This document shows positions 1 through 9,373 of a stretch of 64,000 nt of DNA, in pieces. This stretch comes from an uncultured Chloroflexia bacterium (lineage in GTDB: Bacteria; Chloroflexota; Anaerolineae; Anaerolineales; Villigracilaceae). The notes beneath the pieces were generated by a model, which saw only the letters and a list, made by a program, of their open reading frames with translations, made no database searches and had not been told where the DNA came from. Both the position numbers and the translations under genes were made by a program. Numbering within the stretch: the stretch's first letter is position 1; every line of letters starts with the position of its first letter. The DNA lies in assembly GCA_963753655.1 (NCBI GenBank), contig CAVWDB010000006.1, forward strand, positions 684,693 through 748,692. Direction: 5' to 3'.

Positions 1-231
1 CATGCAAATGCAGACAATGCCACACTTCATATTGCGTATGAAGATAAGGAAATCCAACTCGAAGTGAGAGACAATGGTGTTGGCTTCCAAATCCCCAGCA
101 GCCCAACCGACTTTGCTCCCAGTGGACATTTTGGTCTGCTGGGTATGCACGAGCGTGCGGAGTTGATCGGTGCGCGGCTCAAGATCGAATCCGCTTTGGG
201 AAAGGGAACCAGGCTTACGGTCCGATTATGA
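1..231 (+). CDS. C-terminal HATPase fragment of a NarX/DesK-type sensor histidine kinase (runs off window start)
   Basis: Frame 1 reads HANAD...LEVRDNGVGF...GHFGLLGMHERAELIGARLKIESALGKGTRLTVRL*, matching the G1/G2 boxes of HisKA_3-type kinases. Confidence 0.85.
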   Translation, partial: HANADNATLHIAYEDKEIQLEVRDNGVGFQIPSSPTDFAPSGHFGLLGMHERAELIGARLKIESALGKGTRLTVRL

Positions 232-262
232 AGCGATGAACGGTCATACCCAGTGGCATTAT

Positions 263-280
263 ATAAGCCATATTGCCTAT
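263..280. promoter_or_regulatory. Palindromic operator-like site RYANGC-N6-GCNTRT upstream of ccdA operon
   Basis: ATAAGCCATATTGCCTAT; related copies at 2822, 2918, 5542. Confidence 0.55.
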
Positions 281-336
281 CTCGAATCCCGTCATCCTGC
301 GCTCATGGGTGGACGGGATTTTGCTTATGATTTAAA

Positions 337-416
337 TGTCACTGCGAGTGAAGCGAAGCAGTCTCATGTTTTATGGGGATTGCTTCGTCGTGAAGAACAG
401 CCTCCTCGCAATGACA
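337..416. repeat. REP-like palindromic element (TGTCAYTGCGAG...CTCGCAATGACA family)
   Basis: Terminal inverted arms plus internal GAAGCA/TGCTTC arms; related copies at 40174-40343 and 49905-50016. Confidence 0.75.
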
Positions 417-438
417 AATAAATTTAGAGAGAGAATAC

Positions 439-1203
439 ATGGCAACAGAAACAACCTCCCCATTGGTTTCTTCAAATGACCGACTAAGGATTTTTCTTCA
501 CGCTCTTTTATTCGTATTTGGATTCTCTTTGGTCTTTGTCGTCGGTTGGGGAGGCTCTGTCACAGCGCTGGGGCAACTCTTCGGCGCGTATAAACGAGTC
601 ATCGCACAGATCGGCGGCGTGATCGTCATCATGTTTGGATTGGCAACGCTGGAAGTGATTCGCGTTCCCTGGTTTTATGCGGATACGCGCGCCCAATACA
701 CGGGTCAACGCGGGACCTTTGGCGGCTCGGCGTTGATGGGCATTTTCTTCGCCGCAGGCTGGAGCCCGTGTATCGGCGCAACGCTCGGCGCGATACTGAC
801 AATGGGACTTAGCCAGCAGACCGTTGGACAAGCCATGTGGCTGGCATCGGGATATTCACTTGGATTGGGAATTCCGTTTCTCGCGATGGCACTGGGACTT
901 GAACGTGCTTCGGGCTGGATCAAACGTATGAGACCCTACCAAAAGTATTTCAAGATCGCAAGCGGACTGTTCATCATCACCATCGGTGTCTTGTTGTTGA
1001 CGAATACCATGAGTCTGATCGCGATCTGGGCGTTCAAGAATGGATACTTCGTCGAGGTGTTTTCAACCTATGCCGCCGCGCCGACTTATCTCACTGCGAT
1101 CATTGCGGGGTTGCTATCTTTTGTTTCACCCTGTGTGCTTCCGCTTGTACCTGCCTATCTCGGTTATCTGAGCGGGCATACAATGAAAACTGCTTATTCA
1201 TGA
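439..1203 (+). CDS. ccdA: Cytochrome c biogenesis/thiol-disulfide transporter CcdA, circularly permuted
   Basis: AGWSPCIG motif mid-protein; AGLLSFVSPCVLPLVPAYL motif (normally N-terminal) at the C-terminus. Confidence 0.85.
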   Translation: MATETTSPLVSSNDRLRIFLHALLFVFGFSLVFVVGWGGSVTALGQLFGAYKRVIAQIGGVIVIMFGLATLEVIRVPWFYADTRAQYTGQRGTFGGSALMGIFFAAGWSPCIGATLGAILTMGLSQQTVGQAMWLASGYSLGLGIPFLAMALGLERASGWIKRMRPYQKYFKIASGLFIITIGVLLLTNTMSLIAIWAFKNGYFVEVFSTYAAAPTYLTAIIAGLLSFVSPCVLPLVPAYLGYLSGHTMKTAYS

Positions 1204-1210
1204 GGAGAAA

Positions 1211-1633
1211 ATGAAAAGACTTATCTTATCCCTATTAATTTCGATCCTATTTCTTTCAGCCTGCCAAAGCAAAGCAGTTGATGTGACGGGCGAGAAAGTC
1301 AGCGTGGACGGCGGCTCATACACGAACGTCGACTCGCGGCAATTGGATGCAATGCTCAAGAACAAGGACTTTGCGTTCGTGAACGTTCACATTCCCTTTG
1401 CGGGGAATATCCACGATACTGACCTATCGATTCCTTATGACCAGATCACTGAATCTCAGTAGCTTTCACAACTTCCAGAAGATAAAAATGCGAAGATCGT
1501 TTTGTATTGCCGCAGTGGGCGCATGAGCCAGACCGCCGCGGAAAGACTTGTGTCGTTGGGATATACCAATGTCTGGAATCTCAAGAATGGTATGGTCGAG
1601 TGGGAACAAGCTGGATATTCGCTCGACCAATAA
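1211..1633 (+). CDS. Rhodanese-like lipoprotein with in-frame TAG at 1460-1462
   Basis: Lipobox LSAC; same frame continues past TAG to [19 protein letters not shown]...[19 protein letters not shown]. Confidence 0.75.
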
Positions 1634-1698
1634 AGTAATACAGCTTCATTGTGAACAGTCTGTAAAATGATAAAAAAACTTAAGAAAGGAAATTTACC

Positions 1699-1878
1699 AT
1701 GACAACTACCGTACACGACCCCGTTTGCCATATGGACATTGACCCCGCCACCGCCGCAGGCACATCCGAGGACAAAGGACAGACCTATTACTTCTGTTCA
1801 CAAGGATGTAAGGCTTCCTTTGATAAGGATCCGGAGAAGTATATTGGTAAGACAGGTGAGCAGGAACACCACCATTAA
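1699..1878 (+). CDS. YHS/TRASH-domain metal-binding protein (59 aa, not in ORF track)
   Basis: MTTTVHDPVCHMDID...GQTYYFCSQGCKASFDKDPEKY; AAAGGA RBS upstream. Confidence 0.85.
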   Translation: MTTTVHDPVCHMDIDPATAAGTSEDKGQTYYFCSQGCKASFDKDPEKYIGKTGEQEHHH

Positions 1879-1949
1879 ACTTTTCATCTTGGTTTGAAAA
1901 TAGCCTGTGGAAAGAGAGGCTATTTTTCTTATTTAAAGTGTGAACAAAT

Positions 1950-2507
1950 TTACTTCACCGCCTCTCTTATCTGGCGCTCCATCTCCGGCGTTATTTCCGT
2001 GGAGCGGGCGGGAAGTTCTATCGTCCCCTGTTCTCCATTCTGTTCGATATCGTCGATAAGCAACTGCATCTTGGCTATTTCGCGGACCTGAGACTCAATG
2101 ATCTCGTCCGCCAACTTGCGAACCCGTGGATCACTAATGCTCGCCTTCCTTGCATTGTTGATGGCAATGGAGTGATGTGGGATCATCGACTTCATGAAGT
2201 TGACATCCCCGATCAGCGCCTGGCTCCTATTTACGTACAACAGGGTTATGCCGAGCAGCGCGGCAAAAACCAGAATTGCGACTTTGGTTCTCGTTCCCTT
2301 GTACATTGACCACATGAAGGATAGCATCACAATGGTCATGACACATCCCATCACCAATGAGGCCATCAGCCGGTTTACACTGAACGTTGCGTCATCAAGT
2401 GAATATATGAGCTGATACATTAAAAAGAACATGACGAACGTTGAAGTCGCGATCATCGCCGTAAATCGACCCCAGCTCATTCCCATCATCTGCTTCTGCT
2501 GTTCCAT
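1950..2507 (-). CDS. DUF305-family (CopM/ferritin-like) membrane-anchored protein
   Basis: [13 protein letters not shown]...[16 protein letters not shown] motif; GAGGA RBS before ATG at 2507. Confidence 0.8.
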   Translation of the reverse strand: MEQQKQMMGMSWGRFTAMIATSTFVMFFLMYQLIYSLDDATFSVNRLMASLVMGCVMTIVMLSFMWSMYKGTRTKVAILVFAALLGITLLYVNRSQALIGDVNFMKSMIPHHSIAINNARKASISDPRVRKLADEIIESQVREIAKMQLLIDDIEQNGEQGTIELPARSTEITPEMERQIREAVK

Positions 2508-2821
2508 TTTTTTGTTCCTCCATATTCTAATATCAAGGTATTCCATTCCGTTTATTAACGGAAGTTGGTCGAGATATTGGTAAATTTCCTGTGCAACTCC
2601 CATGCTGTCCGCCTTGCACAGTTGGGTTTGCATTGTCCTGATTTCTAATGTTTATCTGGTAGTAATCCCTCATTGCCTCAGCAATTTGGTGGTGGGGCTT
2701 TGCACAGTTGCGTCAAACCAACTCCTAACGTTTGTGACTGGCGTTAGTAAGTATAATAATTTTGCTGCGGCTAACAATTGGAAGACTCCCTATAGACTGT
2801 TAGGGATGTGCCTATAAGTGA

Positions 2822-2935
2822 GTACGCCAAATAGCCTGTACAATTTCTTGCTTTCTCCTTTATGACTTTTCAAAAAGAAGGAATTTTGAATATTCCTCTC
2901 AGGTAGCCTCTCGTGCGACAGGCTATTTGGCTTAT
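2822..2935. promoter_or_regulatory. Two inverted operator-like sites in the divergent DUF305 / Cu-ATPase promoter region
   Basis: GTACGCCAAATAGCCTGT (2822-2839) and ACAGGCTATTTGGCTTAT (2918-2935). Confidence 0.55.
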
Positions 2936-3010
2936 ATGAAACAAGTAAAACCACGCTTTGCATGAAACGACAGTTACACTAGAATGAGGCTTGGCAGAAA
3001 GGAGTTCAGA

Positions 3011-5131
3011 ATGTTTGAGATGAAACACAAACACGAGAAGCATGATGCTCATAAGATGAACGACGAAATGCAATCGCATGGCATGGATCATTCCATGCAC
3101 GATGAACATGCGGGGCATGATATGCCTGACATGCAAAATGGATCGTGCGCAGCCATGCCGACCATACTGGTCACGAGCAGATGTTCCGCAGTCGCTTTTG
3201 GGGAAGCCTGTTATTGAGCATCCCTGTATTGTTATTTAGCCCCACACTTCAGAATTGGCTGGGATTTAGCATCCCTTCGTTTACAGGCAGCAATTGGATC
3301 CCATTTATATTTTCTTTGATCATCTTTGCATATGGCGGCATTCCATTTATGCAAATGGCAGTGCCTGAAATACGCAACCGCGAACCAGGGATGATGACGC
3401 TTATCTCACTCGCTATTTCAGTTGCGTTGTTCTACAGTCTGGCGGCGCAACTCTTTGCGCTCGGAGAAGGTTTCTTCTGGGAGCTGGTTACGCTGATCGA
3501 TATTATGTTGCTGGGTCACTGGCTGGAGATGCGCAGCGTGCGACAGGCATCGGGTGCGTTGAACGAACTCGCCAAGTTGATGCCCGATGAGGCTGAGCTT
3601 GTTACTCCGGATGGAAACACAAAGTCCGTTTCAGCCAACACACTCAAGAAAGATGACGTTCTCCTCGTCCGCCCTGGGGCGAGTATCCCTGCCGATGGTC
3701 AAATCGTGGAGGGCGAGTCCAGCGTCAACGAGTCGATGGTCACAGGCGAATCGAAGCCTGTTGATAAGGGAATCAACTCGAGGGTCATAGCAGGAACGAT
3801 CAATGGGGATGGCAGCCTGCGGGTGCGCGTCACCGCGACAGGTGATCAAACCGCGCTGGCAGGCATCATGCGTCTGGTGGATCAGGCACAGAAGTCGAAA
3901 TCCAAAACACAATTACTTGCGGATCAAGCCGCGGGTTGGTTGTTCTATGTTGCGTTAGCAGTTGCGGCAATCACTGCCATTGCATGGATCATCGCGGTTG
4001 GCTTCAATATCGATGTGTTGAAACGCGTGGTCACTGTGTTGGTGATTGCTTGTCCGCATGCGCTTGGTTTGGCTGTTCCGCTGGTGGTTGCCATCACAAC
4101 CTCGATGGGCGCGCGCAACGGCATTCTCGTTCGCAACCGATTGGCGTTGGAAGCCGCACGCAACATTGATGTGGTTGTCTTCGATAAGACGGGCACGTTG
4201 ACGGAAGGCAAATTCGGCGTGGTTGGAATCGCCGCAATAAAAGGTTGGGACGATGACCGCGCTCTCGCTTTAGCCGCCGCAATCGAAGGGGACTCTGAAC
4301 ACTTGATCGCGCGCGCCATTCGAGACGCTTCAAACGACCATAAGGTTGATCTGCCAACGATCAGCAATTTCTCCGCGATCAAAGGACGCGGTGTACAAGC
4401 GACATTTGACGGAAAATCTGTTTACATGGGCGGACCGCGACTGCTGGAAAAGCTTGAACTTACGCCATCAGAGTCGCTTTCAGGCTTTGCTGATGAAGCT
4501 GGAAGAAAAGCACAATCCGTTGTTTATCTGGTGGTTGAGAACGAAGTCGTCGCCGCCTTTGCTGTAGCAGATAAGATTCGTTCTGAAAGTAAACAAGCCG
4601 TGCAACGACTCCATGAGATGGGCGTGGAAGTCGCCATGTTGACGGGTGACAGCCGTCCCGTGGCTGAAGCGGTCGCGTCCGAGTTGGGCATCGACCATGT
4701 CTTTGCAGAAGTCCTGCCCGAACACAAGGATCAAAAGATCGCAGAGTTGCAGTCGCAGGGAAAACGCGTGGCGATGGTCGGTGACGGAGTCAACGACGCG
4801 CCCGCGCTCACACGGTGCAGACGTGGGCATTGCCATCGGTGGCGGCACGGACGTGGCAATTGAATCGGCGGGCTTGATCCTGGTGAAAAGCAATCCGCTC
4901 GATGTGGTCAAGATCATCGCGTTGAGCCGCGCCAGTTATAACAAGATGATCCAAAACCTGTGGTGGGCGGCTGGGTATAACATCATTGCCCTGCCCTTGG
5001 CGGCTGGCGTATTGGCGCCATGGAATATTTTGCTCTCGCCAGCAGTCGGCGCGTTGTTGATGTCGCTTAGTACGATCATCGTTGCCATCAATGCCCAATT
5101 GCTGCGCCAGGCGCGGCTCACAACTGAGTGA
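3011..5131 (+). CDS. copB: Copper-translocating P1B-3-type ATPase (frameshifts near 3145 and 4815)
   Basis: His/Met-rich N-terminus, [33 protein letters not shown] and MSLS motifs. Confidence 0.88.
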
Positions 5132-5136
5132 TTTTT

Positions 5137-5191
5137 CTTCAACGAATCTTTTTCCTAACTTTACCGTTTCTTTACGATAAACATCTATACT
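5137..5191 (+). promoter_or_regulatory. OmpR-type tandem direct repeats (11-bp period) plus -10 box
   Basis: CTTCA/CTTTT/CTTTA/CTTTA at 5137, 5148, 5159, 5170; TATACT at 5186. Confidence 0.55.
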
Positions 5192-5223
5192 GAGAACAAA
5201 TTCAACGAAAGGAGAAATTCACA

Positions 5224-5457
5224 ATGATGGGTTTTGGTTTTCTATTCATGCTGTTGGCATTGGCAGTGCCAGTGATCATGGTTGTTCTCTTGGGGCTATG
5301 GCTGTTCAATAATGGCACGCAGAAAAGTGCGGCTTCGATTTTTGCTCCAGCCCACACGACGGCAACTCGGTCATCGGAACACACCTGTTCCCATTGTGGT
5401 ACGCAATTGCAAACCAATTGGTCGCACTGCCCAAAATGTGGCGCCGCGATAGAATAA
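5224..5457 (+). CDS. Small membrane protein with C-terminal zinc ribbon
   Basis: Hydrophobic N-terminus; CSHCG...CPKCG; AAAGGAG RBS. Confidence 0.75.
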   Translation: MMGFGFLFMLLALAVPVIMVVLLGLWLFNNGTQKSAASIFAPAHTTATRSSEHTCSHCGTQLQTNWSHCPKCGAAIE

Positions 5458-5476
5458 ACGATATCATATTCGACAG

Positions 5477-5516
5477 ATAAATCAGGCGCAATGACGATTG
5501 CGCCTGATTTATTTTT
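5477..5516 (+). terminator. Rho-independent terminator
   Basis: 16-bp perfect stem ATAAATCAGGCGCAAT/ATTGCGCCTGATTTAT followed by a T-run. Confidence 0.7.
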
Positions 5517-5636
5517 ATCCATATGGGGCATTACATTCATCATACGCCATTTGGCGTGTACGCTTTTCCGCCATACTGCGCTGTAGAGTCCAGAATTGTC
5601 AGACTATTATTGAGCCACCTAAACACGGAGCTCAAT

Positions 5637-6076
5637 ATGCTTTCAGTAACGCGCAAACTCTTCCTTTTTTCTACCATCCTGGCTTTACTATCGACCACAA
5701 TTTCCGCTTGTTCTTCCCAGCAATCCAGCGACCTGCACATGATACCGATGGACCAGATGCCTGCGGAAGTGCAATCCGCACCTGTGACGGTACAGGCTGC
5801 CTATCAATTCAATGCGGCAAATCCCGACATTATGAAAAACATCCCCTGCTACTGCGGCTGTGGGAACATCGGTCATACCTCCAATTACGATTGCTATGTT
5901 TCCAGCGTGGACGATACGGGCAATATAGCCTTCGACAACCACGCCCTCGGCTGTTCCATCTGCGTGGACATCACACAGGATGTCATGCGATATGTTGCGG
6001 GACGGGAAGAGTCCCAGAGATCAGGGCATACGTAGATACGACCTATTCCAAATACGGCACATCGAACATTCCTTAA
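5637..6076 (+). CDS. PCYCGC-motif lipoprotein (frameshift near 6000)
   Basis: Lipobox ISAC; IPCYCGCGNIGHTSNYDCY...NHALGCSIC; C-terminus YVDTTYSKYG in a shifted frame. Confidence 0.8.
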
Positions 6077-6080
6077 TCTG

Positions 6081-6571
6081 ATGAACCCCCGCATCTTTCT
6101 TCTCCTCTTTTTGATGGCTGAGACTGGTAGTGGCATTCGTGCCGCTTCCAGCCCCACCCGCCACGCCTCAAGCGCGGACCTTTCAGATTGACGCGCGCCA
6201 ATTTGCCTATTCTCCCTCCGAACTTAAAGTCAACACGGGCGACACCGTGACCATCCAACTTATCAGCACAGACGTGGTGCATGGACTTGTACGTGGATGG
6301 CTACGATGTTTCCGTCGAAGCCGACCCAGGTCAGAGCGCAACACTAACTTTTACCGCAGACAAGCCAGGCGCCTTCCGCTTCCGATGCAACATCACCTGC
6401 GGAGCGATGCATCCGTTCATGATCGGCAAATTGACTGTCGGCACAAACAACTGGCTCTATCGTTCAATCGGGCTTGGCGGCATTGGCTATAGTTGGTGTG
6501 GTCATCTCAATGAGGCAAAAAGCATAATCTCCCCATGGCAAAGATCGAACTTACCCGTAATCCCTTCATAA
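6081..6571 (+). CDS. CuA-type cupredoxin (COX2-like domain), frameshifted; boundaries approximate
   Basis: DVVHGL...FRCNITCGAMHPFM fits H...CxxxCxxxHxxM. Confidence 0.75.
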
Positions 6572-7884
6572 AGAACGCACTCAAAAGCCGTTATCCTCAA
6601 CTGGCGGTATTTATCGTGATGCTGGTCGGATACATCTTTGCCATTCTTGCGGGACTGATCGGCACGCCTGTTGGGAGCCACAACTTCAGCATCGTTTTCG
6701 TATGGATCGCGTGGTGGGCGATTCTAATACTCGTGGCTGTTCCGTTCTTCGGTCGCGGATGGTGTGCGGTCTGCCCAATTCCTCTGCCAGGTGAATGGCT
6801 GCAACGCGGAGCGATATTGAGTCCGCCAGAGAAACGACCGAAGTGGCTCAATCTGCGTGTGCCAAAAATGTTTCGTAACATCTGGATGCAAAATATTTCG
6901 TTCCTTTTATTGGCTTTGTTCAGCAGTGTCCTGCTCACAACACCAAACATCACAGGCATTGTCCTTGCCGCCATGCTCTTCGCCGCAATTGGACTGAGCA
7001 CGATCTTCGAGCGCCGCGCCTTCTGCCGTTATCTCTGTCCCAGTTGGTGGATTTATCGGTTTGTATTCTCAAACCGCTCCCATTGAATTGCGCATCAAAG
7101 ACAAACAAGTTTGTGTGACCTGTGAAGGCAAACCTTGTTACAACGGTTCATCAGCAGGCTATGGCTGCCCGTGGGATGTTTTTCCTGGTGGATTAACCAA
7201 AAACACCTATTGCGGGCTTGTGCATGGAATGCATCCGTACCTGCCCGCATGAAAACATCGCCGTCAACCTGCGTCCCTTCTCCGCCGACCTCGCCAAACC
7301 CTCCACACGCATGGACGAAGCCTTCAAAGCCTTCATCATGCTCGGCTCGGCGATGATCTACGCGGGCGTGTTGCTGGGTCCGTGGGGGAGTCTCAAAGAT
7401 GCGGCGTATAACGTCGGATCAAGCGCATGGTTTATATATGCAGTTATTTTTCTTGCGATCATTTTCGTCATGCTTCCTGGGTTGTTTGCATTGGCATCTT
7501 GCCCTCACCCTCACCCCTCTCCCGCTGGGAGAGGGGTTGGGGTGAGGGTTTCGCATCTCTCTCTACTGCCCTCATCCCGCTCGGCTTGATGTTCTGGGTG
7601 GCGTTCAGTTTATCTTTTGTGTCTCACCAATGCTTCCTACATCCTTGCCGCGCTCTCCGATCCGCTGGGTCTCGGTTGGAATCTATTCGGCACGGCAAAC
7701 GCCGCGTGGCAGCCGATGCTCACCTCCATTCTTGCGCCTGCACAAACACTTGGCGCTGGTTGGCGGGTTGATCTGGTCGGCGCGCACCGCACAAAAAGCC
7801 GCAAGCGAAACACGCACATCGTCCATTCCTGTCATCGTTTATTGTTTTGCCCTCACACTGATCATGCTCTGGTTGTTGCTATGA
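6535..7884 (+). CDS. Membrane 4Fe-4S polyferredoxin (NapH/NosR/RdxA-like), several frameshifts
   Basis: GRGWCAVCP, FCRYLCP, CVTCEGKPC...GCP, CGL/CMECIRTCP motifs and many TM helices across ORF fragments. Confidence 0.78.
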
Positions 7885-8867
7885 AACGCTCGGAACTCCT
7901 CTCACGCTATCGTCACAGTGGCAGTTATCGGGGCGGTCGGGAACGCCGCTGTATCTTTGGTCACGCACGCCGCATCATCCACGCGCACATGGCGGAGAAC
8001 GGCGGCTGGAGTCCCGATATCATCCAGGCGGAAGCAGGCAAACCTCTTCATTTGAAACTCACTTCCGATGATGTCATGCATGGTTTTGCCATTGGTCAGA
8101 TGGACATGGATGCGGTGGATGTCGAGCCTGGCAAAGTCACTGACATCACTATAACTTTCGACAAGCCTGGGATCTATACCTTCTACTGCACACGTTGGTG
8201 CGGACTCAATCACTGGCGGATGCGTGGCACGATCGAAGTGACGGGCGCTTCATCCTCACCCGAGCCTGCTTCTGCTCCTTTGTACGTTTCCCTCAACCTT
8301 GACATTGACGCGCCGCACGAAGCGCCGTCAATTCCAGACGGATCAAGCCGTCGGCGAGTGATGGGCAGTAGTTGGCAGCCGATAATTCGAATTGTTTTAC
8401 CTCTTGAAGACTATCGTTACACAATCACCCGACGAAGTGTTTAACTGATCTGACAAAATACCGCTCAAACGGTGATCCCAGCGCTGGGACGTGGTCGCCT
8501 ATCTCTGGCGATCCAATACCAGCCTGAACGTCGCTTGCCAACGGCAAACAACTCTACGCCCAAAACTGCGCCGCATGTCACGGCGAGAACGGCGCAGGCG
8601 AACGGTGTCTTCGCCGATGACCTTGCCGCGGCTGGGGAATCGTCCATGCAAACGATGTCGGGTGCGGAGGGATGACGATGCAGACCCCAGTTGATTTCAC
8701 CGACCCCAAACAGATGCTTGGCGCAAGTCCCGCGCTGTTGCAGGGAAAGATACTGCGCGGCGGTATGGGAACGGGCATGCCCATGTGGGGCGTCGATCTT
8801 CACTGAAGAACAAATCTGGGACTTGATCGCTTACATTTATTCATTCCAGTTTGAGTACATAAAGTAA
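7881..8867 (+). CDS. CuA cupredoxin plus c-type cytochrome fusion protein (frameshifted)
   Basis: DVMHGF...FYCTRWCGLNHWRM; later QNCAACHGENGAG, GGMGTGMPMWG, EEQIWDLIAYIY. Confidence 0.72.
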
Positions 8868-8876
8868 GGAGGTACG

Positions 8877-9352
8877 ATGAGCAAAAAACAAAACACATAG
8901 AAAGGCAGAAACAGAAGAAGGGATTTCCCTGGATGCTTTTAGCATTTGGCGGCATCATGCTGGTTATTGCCGCATTCCTGTTTGCCAGACAAGGCGGAAG
9001 ATGATGGAGGTGGAACACCAGTCCATTGCGGTCGATCAGCAACAGATCGACTACGGCGATGTGAAGTTCGGCGTCAACAAAACCTTTGCGATCAAGGTCA
9101 CCAACACGGGTGATGGAACATTACGTTTCAAGGAAGAACCGTATATTCAAGTATTGGAGGGGTGCTGACCGCCTCAACTGACCATCGGTTCGATGGTACT
9201 CAAACCTGGCGAAAGCACAACAGTTCAATCCAGCGTCTTTATGATGCACGAAGGCATGGATGGTCCGCATAATTTCGGGGTGCATCTTGAAGACGAACGA
9301 CCCTGCAAATCCCGATCTGGTTGTGAATGTTTTGTCCAACTGGATACCATAA
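8877..9352 (+). CDS. Membrane-anchored Ig-like (DUF1573-like) protein, candidate selenoprotein (Cys-Sec)
   Basis: AAGGAGG RBS; TM helix; IDYGDVKFG...IKVTNTGDGTL...VLEGC(TGA)PPQLTIGSMVLKPGESTTV; hairpin after the UGA; additional indels elsewhere. Confidence 0.65.
9181..9197 (+). ncRNA. Putative bacterial SECIS apical hairpin
   Basis: ACCATCG-GTT-CGATGGT perfect stem, loop G 20 nt after in-frame UGA at 9166-9168. Confidence 0.55.
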
Positions 9353-9373
9353 AGTCAATGACGTATTCGTCTG

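Noticed and set aside
170-421. 83-aa ORF in the track
   Set aside because: It spans the kinase end, an operator site and a palindromic repeat, with no protein features.
1899-1926. Inverted similarity to 2904-2928 suggesting an invertible or mobile DUF305 segment
   Set aside because: The match is short, the site is better explained as a terminator between convergent genes, and there is no recombinase nearby.
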